DNA from: Candidatus Latescibacterota bacterium
Lineage (GTDB): Bacteria; Latescibacterota; UBA2968; UBA8231
NCBI GenBank assembly: GCA_965261395.1
Contig: OZ253462.1
Location: 4,640,001 to 4,704,000, forward strand
Direction of reading: 5' to 3'
Length of the DNA stretch: 64,000 nt
Below, in pieces: positions 31,321-42,491 of the stretch. The notes under the pieces were generated by a model. That model ran no database searches. It was not told where the DNA came from and worked only from the letters and a program-made list of their open reading frames with translations. A program made the position numbers and the translations under genes. Positions within the stretch are counted from its first letter, which is position 1. The number at the start of each line of letters is the position of its first letter.

Positions 31321-32832
31321 CTATCGCGCCTCCGAGCGCAAAACCTCCACCTCCAGCGCCATATCCGGGTCCAGCGGAAAAAAGGGCCGCGCCCGCCGCA
31401 CAAAGGGCAGGTGCCGCACCGTCGCCGGTGTCGGTCCCGGCGTGTCGAGCACGAAGACGGCTTGGGTTATGGCTCCGTAGGCGAGGCGATAGTTCATGGG
31501 ATTCTTGGCGACAATAAAGCGCGCCTGCGCCGCGTCCATCCCGAGAGCCGCAAACTGCTCATCATCCCATTCGTACGTAGGATGCGACGCCAACAGCACC
31601 TGTATCTGTCCCAGCGCGAGCACCGCCGACGGCCCCATCTGCCCTTCGAGCCCCTCCCATATACCACCCCGATAGCGGAAGCGGCCATCGCTCAACCGCA
31701 GCACCCGGCCACGCACGGCAATCGGCTGTCCCCAACGCGGGTCGTGCCCGTGCCCCAGCGCCAACCCCACCTCGGCCCCAACCCCAGCCTGGTGGCAGGC
31801 CGCAGCCGCGCGGGCATCGACCAAGGGCACCAGCGCCGGGCCATCTAATTCCGCTTGCATTAGCGCGACCAACGCAGCCACACTATCGCCAACCGCTCCC
31901 CCGCCGCAGCAGTCCGCAGCCTCCACCAACACCACCGGGCCGCCCTCGACGGCCAAGCCAGCGCGCACGGCGTCTGCGGGTGCGTGCATCTCTGGCTCTA
32001 AGGCAAAGCGCCGCTCCCAGTACGCCGCAGCCAGCTCGCGGGCGAGCGCTTCGGCCTTGGCAAAGTCGCCGTCGGCAATGACCAGCCCGCCGCTGCCCAT
32101 GCCAGCAAAATCGAGATAGGGATGCACCAAGATAGCACTCGTCGAGAGGATGCCGTCGCGGTGCTCACCGGCCTTGGCCAAGGCCATCACTTGCGCGAAG
32201 GGATCGTCGTCCTCGGTCGAGCCGTGAATGGCCCCGGTGAGCACCGGCACCTTGGCCATGGCCATCGCGGGTTTGCACGCACCGGCGAGCGTGTCGCATA
32301 GCAGACGCGCCCCGCGCTCGCCCGTGGAAAAGGCGTCGCGATGCGGATAGGTTTCCCAAGCTACCAAGCCGTCGGCAGCACGCATCATCTGCGCGGAAAT
32401 ATGGGCGTGCAAATCGAGCGTGGCGATAATGGGCACGGCGTCGCCGACCACCGCCCGCACCGCAGCCAGCAAATCCCCTTCCAAATCGACTCCGCCCTCC
32501 ACCGCCGCCGCCCCGTGCAGCGGCATGAGGACTCCATCTACCGGGAGCGCCTCGTTGAGCCGCGCCAAAAGCTCTTCCTTGAGCGGGTCGTAACAAGCCC
32601 GCGTCAGCGGCCCGCCAGGGCAGGTGCTGGCAAACAACAAGGGCGCGACTTCCACGCCGCGCGCCGCCAGCACGCTGAGCATACCGCCGGCCACTCCGTC
32701 TTCGGCTGCGAGCACCTCGCGCCCGCGCCGCAGTTCATAGCGCTCAAACCACGGCAGATCAATCGGCTCGCCGCCGAATTGATTGCACTCCGTAAAAATG
32801 GCCCCTAGGGCTACGCGATGCTTGTCGGTCAT
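31321..32832 (-). CDS. M81 family metallopeptidase (MlrC-like)
   Basis: TECNQF, DGVLMPLHGA, TLDLHAH, TYPHRD, DCCGGG. Confidence 0.9.
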   Translation of the reverse strand: MTDKHRVALGAIFTECNQFGGEPIDLPWFERYELRRGREVLAAEDGVAGGMLSVLAARGVEVAPLLFASTCPGGPLTRACYDPLKEELLARLNEALPVDGVLMPLHGAAAVEGGVDLEGDLLAAVRAVVGDAVPIIATLDLHAHISAQMMRAADGLVAWETYPHRDAFSTGERGARLLCDTLAGACKPAMAMAKVPVLTGAIHGSTEDDDPFAQVMALAKAGEHRDGILSTSAILVHPYLDFAGMGSGGLVIADGDFAKAEALARELAAAYWERRFALEPEMHAPADAVRAGLAVEGGPVVLVEAADCCGGGAVGDSVAALVALMQAELDGPALVPLVDARAAAACHQAGVGAEVGLALGHGHDPRWGQPIAVRGRVLRLSDGRFRYRGGIWEGLEGQMGPSAVLALGQIQVLLASHPTYEWDDEQFAALGMDAAQARFIVAKNPMNYRLAYGAITQAVFVLDTPGPTPATVRHLPFVRRARPFFPLDPDMALEVEVLRSEAR

Positions 32833-32910
32833 TGTGATTAGTTGGTTAGTGGAATGGAGTTGTGAAACCGCTTCTAATATAGCCAGACTAGAAATGACCG
32901 GCGAATTGGC

Positions 32911-32939
32911 TTGCGTCTGTCTCTCCTAGGGGCTACAAT
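32911..32939 (+). promoter_or_regulatory. Sigma70-type promoter (near-leaderless)
   Basis: TTGCGT-N17-TACAAT, 9 nt before ATG 32949. Confidence 0.6.
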
Positions 32940-32948
32940 CGGCGGGCA

Positions 32949-33143
32949 ATGGATATTGTTTGGGAGTACCTCACCGACCTCCAAGGCCGCGGTTCGGCCT
33001 ACGCTATCGCCGCGTTGCTCGCCCTCGTCTGGTGGGTGGGCCGGAGTTTCGTCCGCCTCTACCACCAAGCGACCAGCGGGGCCAGCCGCTTAGAACGCCC
33101 CAAAGAAGAGGAACGCCCGCGTCGGCGCTTGCCGCTCGATTAA
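32949..33143 (+). CDS. Small membrane protein
   Basis: Single hydrophobic segment followed by a basic tail; promoter directly upstream. Confidence 0.6.
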   Translation: MDIVWEYLTDLQGRGSAYAIAALLALVWWVGRSFVRLYHQATSGASRLERPKEEERPRRRLPLD

Positions 33144-33145
33144 AC

Positions 33146-34321
33146 ATGCAGCCAGACCACTTCGCCGCCTGGCACGACGAGGATCTCGTCCGCGCCCTCA
33201 CCCTAGAACGCGCCAACTATCAAGACCCCTACCTAGCCAGCGTCGCCGCCGAACTGGCACGCCGCAACGTCGATCCCCGAGCTTTCATCGACCAAGTCGA
33301 AGTCCGCTACCACGCAGACGCCTCCGCAACCTGCACCATCGCCCAAGCCCTCGCAAAAGCCAGCGAAGAGTTGCCGCTGTGGCATCTGCTGGCCTTTACC
33401 CGCTACTTCGGCGATACCCTCGTCGTCCAGCGCGAGCTGCGCTCCTCGCTGGTGAACGTTTATCGGGGCGAGGAGTATGCCTTCTCTTTCTTCGTCGCCG
33501 AGGGCCAGTCCCTACAAGACCTGCTGCGCCGTTTCCTGACCCTAGCGGATTGGGGTCACCTCGCGGGCACAACCTATCAGCTCGATAGCTGGCAGCCCCT
33601 CCTCCGTACCCGCTCACCCCGCTACGTGCAAAAAATCGCCACGGCCTTAGCCGACGAGGGACTGCTCTTCACCGTCCAGACCCCGGTCTTGAGCCACGAC
33701 CCGCGCGGCCAGCTAACCCTGCTGGTCCCCGATCCCGCCCCGGCGGCCATCGCGGTCCTGCACAAGGTGGAAGACCACCTCAGCACCCTCCGCGACCAAG
33801 CCACTGCCGCCTTTGCGGCAAACGACCGCGACCGCGAGCTTGCCATCTACGCCGAGCTTGTCGCCTACGGGCTAAACAACCCGGCCATCTACTACAACCT
33901 AGCCAGCGCACTCGCCGAAGCCGGGCGCTACGCCGAGGCCGCCACCGCCTTTGTCGAAGCCGCATCCCTGAGCCTTGCCGCGCTCGACGTCCAGGTCCCG
34001 TTCCAGTCCCGCCGGAGCACCGGGGGGCTGGGGGGGACTTTCGGGATGGTGGGGACGTTGATCTCGGCGCTCAAACCGGGCGAGAAGACGCCAACAGATG
34101 AGCAGCGCGAGGTCCCCGATTACATCGAAGACATTGAGCTACAGCTTGCACACCTACTCAAACGCCTACCCCAAGACCTCAACATCCTCCACGCCCTAGC
34201 CGCCATCGCCGCCATCCGCCACGACGTCCCCCGCGCCCGCGAACACTACCGACAAATCACAGAGATCAACCCCGCCGACGAAACGGCTAAGCACTACTTG
34301 GCCGAACAGGCGGGCGAGTAG
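33146..34321 (+). CDS. Tetratricopeptide repeat protein
   Basis: NPAIYYNLASALAEAGRYAEAA and AREHYRQITEINP TPR-like motifs. Confidence 0.7.
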   Translation: MQPDHFAAWHDEDLVRALTLERANYQDPYLASVAAELARRNVDPRAFIDQVEVRYHADASATCTIAQALAKASEELPLWHLLAFTRYFGDTLVVQRELRSSLVNVYRGEEYAFSFFVAEGQSLQDLLRRFLTLADWGHLAGTTYQLDSWQPLLRTRSPRYVQKIATALADEGLLFTVQTPVLSHDPRGQLTLLVPDPAPAAIAVLHKVEDHLSTLRDQATAAFAANDRDRELAIYAELVAYGLNNPAIYYNLASALAEAGRYAEAATAFVEAASLSLAALDVQVPFQSRRSTGGLGGTFGMVGTLISALKPGEKTPTDEQREVPDYIEDIELQLAHLLKRLPQDLNILHALAAIAAIRHDVPRAREHYRQITEINPADETAKHYLAEQAGE

Positions 34322-34408
34322 AATTATAGAAAACTGGAGAAGAAGGATTTTGCAGCGCGAGCACCTGACCTTATCGGGGCTACCTGGACTACTGAATCGT
34401 CCCGCCGC

Positions 34409-35485
34409 TCACCAAGACAATGGCTCGAATCCCATGCGCTGCGTCAGCTTGCGTGCGGCTTGCGCCACCTGCGGATGCGGGTCGTAGAGCGCGGCCTCAA
34501 AGCTGTCGCGATGCGTGCTCGGGTCGAGGCGGTCGAGGAATTTGGCCGCGCTCAGCCGCACGTGCGGCACCGGGTCGGTCAGGCCGCGCCAAAACCACTT
34601 CGGGGCCTCCTCTCCGCCGCGCAGGACCAGCACCTCAATAGCCGCACCGCGCACCGCCTTGTGCTCGCTTGCCGCATACGGAGCTAGCACCTCCGGCTGA
34701 ATGTCCTCGCAACGCCGCATCACCTTGAGGACGCCGACCCCGCTTTGCGGATGGTCCTCGCCGAGCAGCAAGACGCACCACTCAAACAGGTCCGGGTCGG
34801 CTAAGTCGGCCAAAAGCTGTAGGCCGCGCACCTGCCGCTGCGGCTTGTCCGACTCCAAGCAAGCGATGGCCTCTTCCTCGCGGTGATCGACGGGCGCTGC
34901 ACTTGTGAGCCCGGCCTGCAGCGCCTCGGCTTCCCGCGCCACCTTGGGCCAGACCCGCAAGTGCTCAAAGTCGATCTCCACCTCGGCAAAGCGGTCGGGG
35001 ATCCACTGTGCGGCACGGGCGAGCAGCTCCTTCTCGCCGATCCGCGCATGGGGATGGGTCGCTAGCCGGTTATCGATCCAGCGAGCCAAACGCAGGACGC
35101 CTTCGTGGCGAGCGCTGACGCCTTTGTGCGCCTTGACACCCAACACGGCATTGATCCAGCGGGCGATCTCCTCGGCACTTTCCGGGATGCCCAGCCCGTA
35201 GTGGCTGCGCAGCGAAGACGCGGGAATGCCCCCGTTGATCGAGATGACCCCGCCGCTTTCGCGCACCTGCCGACCGCCGTAGCGCCGACGCAAGGTTTCC
35301 AAGTCAACATCTACGGCCAGCACAATGGGGCGATCCCGCGTGTGCTGCGATTTGGCGTGTGCCCGTTGCTTGGCGTAACTCTTGCTCCGCGAAAGCCACA
35401 CCCGCCGCGAGGGCGACCGGGACTGAAAGCCGTCGCGGGCGATCTCACGCGCAGCGCGGCGCGTCGTGCCGTGATAGACGATCAT
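34409..35485 (-). CDS. ADP-ribosyltransferase/Tpt1-like N-terminal domain fused to HEAT repeats
   Basis: VYHGT..I..DGF....RRVWLS...YA...PIVLAVD; C-terminal LTDPVPHVRLSAA and LYDPHPQVAQAA HEAT-like repeats. Confidence 0.65.
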   Translation of the reverse strand: MIVYHGTTRRAAREIARDGFQSRSPSRRVWLSRSKSYAKQRAHAKSQHTRDRPIVLAVDVDLETLRRRYGGRQVRESGGVISINGGIPASSLRSHYGLGIPESAEEIARWINAVLGVKAHKGVSARHEGVLRLARWIDNRLATHPHARIGEKELLARAAQWIPDRFAEVEIDFEHLRVWPKVAREAEALQAGLTSAAPVDHREEEAIACLESDKPQRQVRGLQLLADLADPDLFEWCVLLLGEDHPQSGVGVLKVMRRCEDIQPEVLAPYAASEHKAVRGAAIEVLVLRGGEEAPKWFWRGLTDPVPHVRLSAAKFLDRLDPSTHRDSFEAALYDPHPQVAQAARKLTQRMGFEPLSW

Positions 35486-35530
35486 AATGGAACCTCCTAG
35501 CTATCGCGCCCTACTCGGACGCCTGTGGCC

Positions 35531-35559
35531 AGAATGGCGTTCTCACTTTACAATGTCAA
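35531..35559 (-). promoter_or_regulatory. Sigma70-type promoter for the ART-HEAT gene
   Basis: TTGACA-N17-CATTCT on the minus strand. Confidence 0.45.
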
Positions 35560-36439
35560 GTTTTTCGTCCGGCCCTCGCGTGCAGCGAACTAAGCAGCGC
35601 AGTTCGGCGAGCGGATCGGTGGGGCAGTTCCTTTGATAATCTCTCACCCGCTCCAGCCACGCGGCCTCCCAATCACCACCCTGATAGCGGTGCAACGTCG
35701 CCAAGGCACCTACGGCTGCGGCTTGGATGGCCCCCGGCTTTTCCGCGCTCCACACGCTAGCATTGCACGCGCTGCGGATGCCGCCTTCAGCCGGGTCCCA
35801 AGCCGCCTCTACGTGTTGGCGTAGGTAGCGACCTGCCAAGGTGATAAGGTGCGTCTCGCCTCGATGGCTAGCCTCGTCCAACACCGCCGTCAGCGCGGCG
35901 AGGGCCGACTCGCTGTGTACATAGGCTCCCCAGTGATCGTCAAAGCGGAAGAAATCGCAGCGGACGGCAAAGAGCAACAGCCCCAAGTCCGGGTGGTAGT
36001 GGTAGTTCAAGATGGCGGCTACGGCGCGGGCAGCCGCTATTTGCAACTCGCGGTCGGCGCGGGCGTGCAAAAGGCGCGTACACACGCTTAGCACCTGCGC
36101 CCAGTCCCCGAGACAGCGCGCTCCCTCGGGCATGGACTCGCCGACGTAATCCTCCGCGTCGCAACGCGCTAGGCTTTGCAGCACAAGCGTCCGCGCCCGT
36201 TTCCAGTATCCACAGGCCGCCAGCCCCTCGGCCAACGCAAGGGAGCCGCAGACCGCAGCCTTGTCGCACTCGCCGCTTCTACTGTCTTCGGCCACCTGCT
36301 CGGCCAGCATCCGGTAGCGCGGCTGATCCCGCAAATGCGCCAGTGCCCACAACAATTGGCCATCTCGGAGCACACTCGTGCCGCTCGCCAACAGTGCCTC
36401 AACGGACTTTGCAGCAGCCTCGGCGATCCGCTCACCCAT
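35543..36439 (-). CDS. Hypothetical helical protein, weakly AGE-epimerase (alpha/alpha barrel)-like
   Basis: YHYHPDLGL, AAWDPAEGGI, EK segments; starts 2 nt after the upstream stop. Confidence 0.5.
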   Translation of the reverse strand: MGERIAEAAAKSVEALLASGTSVLRDGQLLWALAHLRDQPRYRMLAEQVAEDSRSGECDKAAVCGSLALAEGLAACGYWKRARTLVLQSLARCDAEDYVGESMPEGARCLGDWAQVLSVCTRLLHARADRELQIAAARAVAAILNYHYHPDLGLLLFAVRCDFFRFDDHWGAYVHSESALAALTAVLDEASHRGETHLITLAGRYLRQHVEAAWDPAEGGIRSACNASVWSAEKPGAIQAAAVGALATLHRYQGGDWEAAWLERVRDYQRNCPTDPLAELRCLVRCTRGPDEKLDIVK

Positions 36440-36441
36440 TG

Positions 36442-37443
36442 CTAAAACTGCCCACTGCGGGATTCGTATCGGGTCGGCTTGCCCAAGCTCGGGCCGCCGG
36501 CCATGACCCACTCGGCCACCGTGCGTAGCATCTGCTCCGAGCCGACGCGCGGGCGGCCAAATTCCGCGCACAAGCGCTGGCTATTCCCCAAGAGGGCGTC
36601 CGGGGCTTCCGCGCCCGTGAAGCGGGGCGTTTTGCCCATGATCTTCCCTAGTTGTTCGGCTAACTCGCGCACGGATAAGACCTCCGGGCCGGTCAGGTTG
36701 ATGATGTCGGCCGGGCTGTGGCACAAGGGAAAGAAGCGGCACAGATAGGCGTTGGCGTCGCCCTGCCAAATTTGGTTGACGTACCCCATGGTCAGGTCAA
36801 TCGGCTCTTGCTGCCATACCTTATCGGCCAGATCGCGGATAATGCCGTAGCGCGGCTCGGTGGCGTAAAACAGCCGCGCAATCAGCAAGGGCGTCCCCCG
36901 CACCCGCGACGCGTACTGGGCGATCCGCTCGCCGCCCAAGCGCGATTGGGCGTATTCGCCCACCGGACCCAAAGCCCCATCTTCGGCCGATCCCGGTCCC
37001 GGAGCCTTGGCATACGCATACACGTTGCCGGAACTCACATAGACGATCCGCGACTGTGCGTAGCGCGCCATCATCGCGCCGGGCAATGCGGTGTTCATCG
37101 CCCAAGTCGCATCTTCATTGCCAGTGGCCCCAAACTTAAACCCAGCGAGCAAAATGACGTTGGGTGCATCGGGCAGTTCCTTCAGCGCCTCGTCGGCCAG
37201 CAGGTCGCAGGCAATGGTTTGCACACCGACGTCCTCCAAGTAGCGCCGCTTTTCCGCATCCCCAAAGCGCGCCACCCCCACCACCTGCCGCGCCCCGGCC
37301 CGCACCAACAGCTCGGCCAAGGTCGGTCCCATTTTGCCGCTGACCCCCAGCAGCAGGATCGGCCCGTCCAACTGGCGCACGGCCTCCACGACTTCGGGCG
37401 CCGGGGTCGTCATGTCGCCGATAAGCGCGGCTTCGCTGACCAT
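36442..37443 (-). CDS. NAD-dependent epimerase/dehydratase
   Basis: LGVSGKMG Rossmann motif, SSGNVY, GEYAQSRLGGE. Confidence 0.85.
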   Translation of the reverse strand: MVSEAALIGDMTTPAPEVVEAVRQLDGPILLLGVSGKMGPTLAELLVRAGARQVVGVARFGDAEKRRYLEDVGVQTIACDLLADEALKELPDAPNVILLAGFKFGATGNEDATWAMNTALPGAMMARYAQSRIVYVSSGNVYAYAKAPGPGSAEDGALGPVGEYAQSRLGGERIAQYASRVRGTPLLIARLFYATEPRYGIIRDLADKVWQQEPIDLTMGYVNQIWQGDANAYLCRFFPLCHSPADIINLTGPEVLSVRELAEQLGKIMGKTPRFTGAEAPDALLGNSQRLCAEFGRPRVGSEQMLRTVAEWVMAGGPSLGKPTRYESRSGQF

Positions 37444-37445
37444 AT

Positions 37446-38399
37446 TCACCTCTCTTTCACGCATTGCACGCCCTCGGCGGCGAGGCCGAGGACCAAAGTT
37501 CGCGCGGCAATCCCTTCTTTAGCCCATGCGTGCTGCATGGCACCGGCCACCTCCGCGCCTTGGCCGCTGACCAACGCCAACGCGGTCGGCCCGGCTCCGC
37601 TCAAGGCCGCACCCAACGCTCCTGCCGCTGTAGCCGCGGCCAACACCGCCTCCATCCCCGGTACCAGGACCGTGCGATAGGGCTGGTGCAACCGATCTTG
37701 CATTCCGGTCCGCAGCAAGCTGTAGTCGCCCTGTTGCAGCGCGACCACCAACAAGCCGACGCGCCCGGCGTTAAATATCGCGTCCCGCCGCTCAACCTGC
37801 TCCGGCAGCACGCTCCGCGACTTAGGAGTGGGCAGGGGAAAATCCGGTATGGCCACGACCGCGGCCAAATCCCTCGGCGGCTCAATCCGCGCCCACGCAA
37901 CCTGATCGCCGTCCAAGGCCGCGATGACAATCCCTCCCAACGCGCAGGGCGCAACATTGTCCGGGTGCCCCTCCTCAGCCACGCCCTCCCGCAAGACCGC
38001 CTCCCGATCCAGCCCCATCCCGCACAACTCGGCTCCGGCGGTCAAGCCAGCGACTAGGGCCGCCGAGCTGCTGCCCAGCCCACTGGCCAGCGGAATCTGG
38101 CTATCGATCGCCAAGCGCAGCCGCCTGGGCGTCTTGCCAGCTCGTGCATAGGCGCGCGCTACCCCTTGATAGACAGCGTTGCGCTCGTCCAAGGGCACGC
38201 TCGCGCTCCCCTCGCCCGTGGCTACGATCTCCAAACCCTCGCCCTCCCTTTCTTCCACCGCCAAATCCATGTACAATTCCAGCGCCAATCCCAAGCAGTC
38301 AAAGCCCGCTCCGAGATTCGCCGACGTGGCGGGTGCGCGCACCCTCACCTGTTTCACTGGCGGCGCGGCTGCCTTGTCCATGGAGGCTCTCTTATCCAT
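37446..38399 (-). CDS. thrB: Homoserine kinase
   Basis: PATSANLGAGFD, PLASGLGSS, EGHPDN, LHQPYR, SGAGPT. Confidence 0.95.
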   Translation of the reverse strand: MDKRASMDKAAAPPVKQVRVRAPATSANLGAGFDCLGLALELYMDLAVEEREGEGLEIVATGEGSASVPLDERNAVYQGVARAYARAGKTPRRLRLAIDSQIPLASGLGSSSAALVAGLTAGAELCGMGLDREAVLREGVAEEGHPDNVAPCALGGIVIAALDGDQVAWARIEPPRDLAAVVAIPDFPLPTPKSRSVLPEQVERRDAIFNAGRVGLLVVALQQGDYSLLRTGMQDRLHQPYRTVLVPGMEAVLAAATAAGALGAALSGAGPTALALVSGQGAEVAGAMQHAWAKEGIAARTLVLGLAAEGVQCVKER

Positions 38400-38433
38400 T
38401 TTTACTTAAACCTCATTCCAACCCAATAAAACT

Positions 38434-39276
38434 ATGCGTATCGACTCTCATCTGCACGTCTTCGCTCGCCCCAGCGCCGAGTTCCCGCGCGAGATCACCG
38501 CGAGCATGCCCGCCGAGCGCCAAGCACCCGTCGAGGATCTCTTGGCACACATGGCCGCCCATGCCATCGACAAGGCCGTGCTCGTGCAAACCGGCGGCAC
38601 CAGCCTCGCGCATCACGCCTATTTACAACACTGCCTGCGCACCTATCCCGACCGTTTCTTGGGCATCGGCTTGATACCGCCCGACACACCCGAGCCCGCC
38701 GACCACATGGATCGCCTCGCCGAAGACGGCTCGATCATCGGCTTCCGGCTCCGCTCGCTCGGCGACTTTTCCCAGCCTATATGGGAACACGCCGCCCGCC
38801 AAGACTACGTGCTCTGGCTCTACCTGCGCGCGCCCTCCGCCCCGCTGCTGCCTCAGTTCCTCACCGATTTTCCCCAAGTGCGCGTCGTAATCAATCACCT
38901 CATGGTCTGTCCAAGCGGGGACCGGTTCACGTGGGATGCCAAGGGCCGCCCGCAAATCGACGTGGAGATGCCGCCGCCGACCGGGTTCCTCGGACTCGCG
39001 CCCGACTCCCCCAACGTCTGCGTCCACCTGTCGGGTCAATACGCCACGGGCAAGGCGGCCTATCCCTATCCCGACTTAGCCGCTTGGCACCGCAGCCTGC
39101 TGTCTGCCTTTGGTGCCGAACGCCTGCTGTGGGCTTCGGATTTTCCCTGGATTGTCGCCGATCCCGGCTACGGCGAGTGCGTCGAGGTGCTCGACCACCT
39201 TTTGCCCGATTTGAGCAGCGATCAGCGCCAGCTCATCATGGGCGAGACTGCACGGCGCTTCCTCGGCTTTCGGTGA
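38434..39276 (+). CDS. Amidohydrolase family 2 protein
   Basis: IDSHLHVF, VINH, RLLWASDFPW. Confidence 0.88.
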   Translation: MRIDSHLHVFARPSAEFPREITASMPAERQAPVEDLLAHMAAHAIDKAVLVQTGGTSLAHHAYLQHCLRTYPDRFLGIGLIPPDTPEPADHMDRLAEDGSIIGFRLRSLGDFSQPIWEHAARQDYVLWLYLRAPSAPLLPQFLTDFPQVRVVINHLMVCPSGDRFTWDAKGRPQIDVEMPPPTGFLGLAPDSPNVCVHLSGQYATGKAAYPYPDLAAWHRSLLSAFGAERLLWASDFPWIVADPGYGECVEVLDHLLPDLSSDQRQLIMGETARRFLGFR

Positions 39277-39291
39277 CGGAAGTGCACAAAA

Positions 39292-39318
39292 AATTCTTCA
39301 GGATTACCTTGAAGAATT
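39292..39318. terminator. Hairpin between convergent genes (possible bidirectional terminator)
   Basis: aattcttcagg-atta-ccttgaagaatt. Confidence 0.55.
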
Positions 39319-39366
39319 GAAAAACAGAATTCAGGGATGCTTGGGGCAGCGGTTCTGCGAAGTCCC

Positions 39367-40383
<1,017 letters not shown>

Positions 40384-41766
40384 CTAATCTTCTTCCGGCT
40401 CCGACCGCCACCCGGGTGCCATTGCATCGTACGTGGCACTTTCCTTGTTCCACATCAAATCCACCGAGCCAACGGGGCCGTTGCGCTGCTTGCCAATGAT
40501 GATCTGGGCACGGCCCTCGAGGCTCTCGCCATCTGGTGACTTGAGCCCGTACATCTCCGGGCGATAGATGAACATCACCACATCGGCGTCCTGCTCCAAG
40601 CTGCCCGACTCCCGCAAGTCCGATAGCTGTGGCCGCCGGTCCGTGCGGCTTTCTACGGCGCGCGACAACTGCGACAAGGCCAAGACCGGCACGTCCAATT
40701 CTTTCGCCATGGCCTTGAGGCCGCGCGAGATATGCGAAATCTCCTGCTCGCGGCTCTGCGTCCTCATGTGCCCGCTCATGAGCTGGAGATAGTCAATCAC
40801 GACCATGCCAACCCCATGCTCGCGCTGCAGGCGCCGCGCCTTGGCTCGCGCTTCGAGCACCGAGATGCCAGGCGTGTCGTCGATGTAGATAGGCGCTCGG
40901 GCCAAGCGGTCGATATTGTGCGTTAGGTGCATCCAGTCTTCGTCGCGCAGCCGCCCGGTGCGGAGCTTGTGCAAATCGACCTTGGTCTCGATGCTGAGCA
41001 GGCGCTGAGCTAGTTGCAGCTTAGACATTTCCAAGCTGAAAATCGCCATCCCGATCCCGGCGTCCACGGCCGCATTGCGCGCCAGCGTCAGCGCGAAGGC
41101 CGTCTTGCCGACGCTGGGCCGCGCCGCGAGAATGATCAGATCGCCCTTCTGAAAACCCGACATCTGGTCGTTGAGATCGGCAAAACCCGTATCCACCCCC
41201 AAGACCGTGCCCGCCCCCGCATGGACGCGCTCGAGGTGCTCGAAGGTTTCGCCCATCACCTTTTCTAGCGGTTCAAAGCCATCGCCGAGTTGGTTTTCGC
41301 TCAGGCTGAAAAGCTCCTGCTCGGCCTTGTCGATTAGAGTCTGGACGTCCTCGTCGGCCGCGTACGCCCGCTCGATGACCCCGCTGGCAGTCTCGATCAA
41401 TTTGCGGCTCAGCGCCTTCTCCAAAACGATCCGCGCGTGAAAGTCGATATTGGCTGTCGTGGCCACTTCAGCCCCCAGCTTGGCCAGATAGACGACCCCG
41501 CCGACGTCGTCGAGTTGGTTGCGGCGCTTGAGTTCCTCGGTCAAGGTTAGCTGATCGACCGGCGTGCCCTGCTCAAAAAGGGTACTCATGGCCGCGAATA
41601 TCCGGCTGTGCGAGGCGTGGTAGAAATAGCTTTCGTCGAGGATTTCAATAGCGCGGACAATGGCCCGCTGCTCTAGCATCATCGCCCCGAGCACGGCCTG
41701 CTCGACTTCTACAGCCTGCGGCGGCATCCGCCCGAGATCCTGCGCTTCCATTGGACTCTGGGTCAT
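40384..41766 (-). CDS. dnaB: Replicative DNA helicase
   Basis: AARPSVGKT, FSLEM, IDYLQL, LSQLSR, SDLRESGSLEQDAD, KQRNGP. Confidence 0.97.
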   Translation of the reverse strand: MTQSPMEAQDLGRMPPQAVEVEQAVLGAMMLEQRAIVRAIEILDESYFYHASHSRIFAAMSTLFEQGTPVDQLTLTEELKRRNQLDDVGGVVYLAKLGAEVATTANIDFHARIVLEKALSRKLIETASGVIERAYAADEDVQTLIDKAEQELFSLSENQLGDGFEPLEKVMGETFEHLERVHAGAGTVLGVDTGFADLNDQMSGFQKGDLIILAARPSVGKTAFALTLARNAAVDAGIGMAIFSLEMSKLQLAQRLLSIETKVDLHKLRTGRLRDEDWMHLTHNIDRLARAPIYIDDTPGISVLEARAKARRLQREHGVGMVVIDYLQLMSGHMRTQSREQEISHISRGLKAMAKELDVPVLALSQLSRAVESRTDRRPQLSDLRESGSLEQDADVVMFIYRPEMYGLKSPDGESLEGRAQIIIGKQRNGPVGSVDLMWNKESATYDAMAPGWRSEPEED

Positions 41767-41783
41767 GGTTCAGCTCCAAAAAC

Positions 41784-42467
41784 TTAGAGTTCGACCCCGT
41801 CGTAGAGCTTCCGCACCCGCTTGATGTCCTCCCAAGTCGGGCGCTTCCACTGGGGGTTGCGCAAGAGGGCGGCCGGGTGGTACGTGGCCACCAAGGGGAT
41901 GCCCTCGTAGTGGTGCGACTGGTCGCGCAAGCGGCCCATGGGCTCGCGGCTGCGGAGCAGAGTCTGCGCGGCAAAGCGGCCCAAGGTGCAGATGACGCGG
42001 GGCTGGACGATTTCGATCTGGCGCTTGAGATACGGCTCGCACTGCTCGATTTCGTCGGGCTGGGGGTCGCGGTTATTGGGCGGGCGGCACTTGAGTATGT
42101 TGCAGATATAGACCTCGTCGCGGGATAGGCCCATGGCCTCGATGATCTTGGTCAGCAGTTGACCGGCTTTCCCCACAAAGGGCTGGCCCGCGCGGTCTTC
42201 CTCGGCCCCTGGAGCCTCGCCGATGAACATAATGCCGGCCGCTGGATCGCCGCTGCCAAACACGAACTGCTGCCGCGTCGCGCCCAGCCGACAGCGGGTG
42301 CAATCGCAAATCTGGCGACGAAAGGCCTCCAAGTCCCCGACCGCTGGTTCCTCCGCGCCGGTCGCGGCAACCGACTCCGGTGCGGTGAATTGGGTCCCCT
42401 CAAAGGCCACTAAATCGGACAAGTAGCGCCGGGCCTCGGACAGCGCGTCCTCGTTTCGCTCCTCCAT
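41784..42467 (-). CDS. Uracil-DNA glycosylase family 4
   Basis: CTRCRL Fe-S cysteines, [22 protein letters not shown]. Confidence 0.93.
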   Translation of the reverse strand: MEERNEDALSEARRYLSDLVAFEGTQFTAPESVAATGAEEPAVGDLEAFRRQICDCTRCRLGATRQQFVFGSGDPAAGIMFIGEAPGAEEDRAGQPFVGKAGQLLTKIIEAMGLSRDEVYICNILKCRPPNNRDPQPDEIEQCEPYLKRQIEIVQPRVICTLGRFAAQTLLRSREPMGRLRDQSHHYEGIPLVATYHPAALLRNPQWKRPTWEDIKRVRKLYDGVEL

Positions 42468-42491
42468 GACGACATCCTCGCTCAGTACGGG

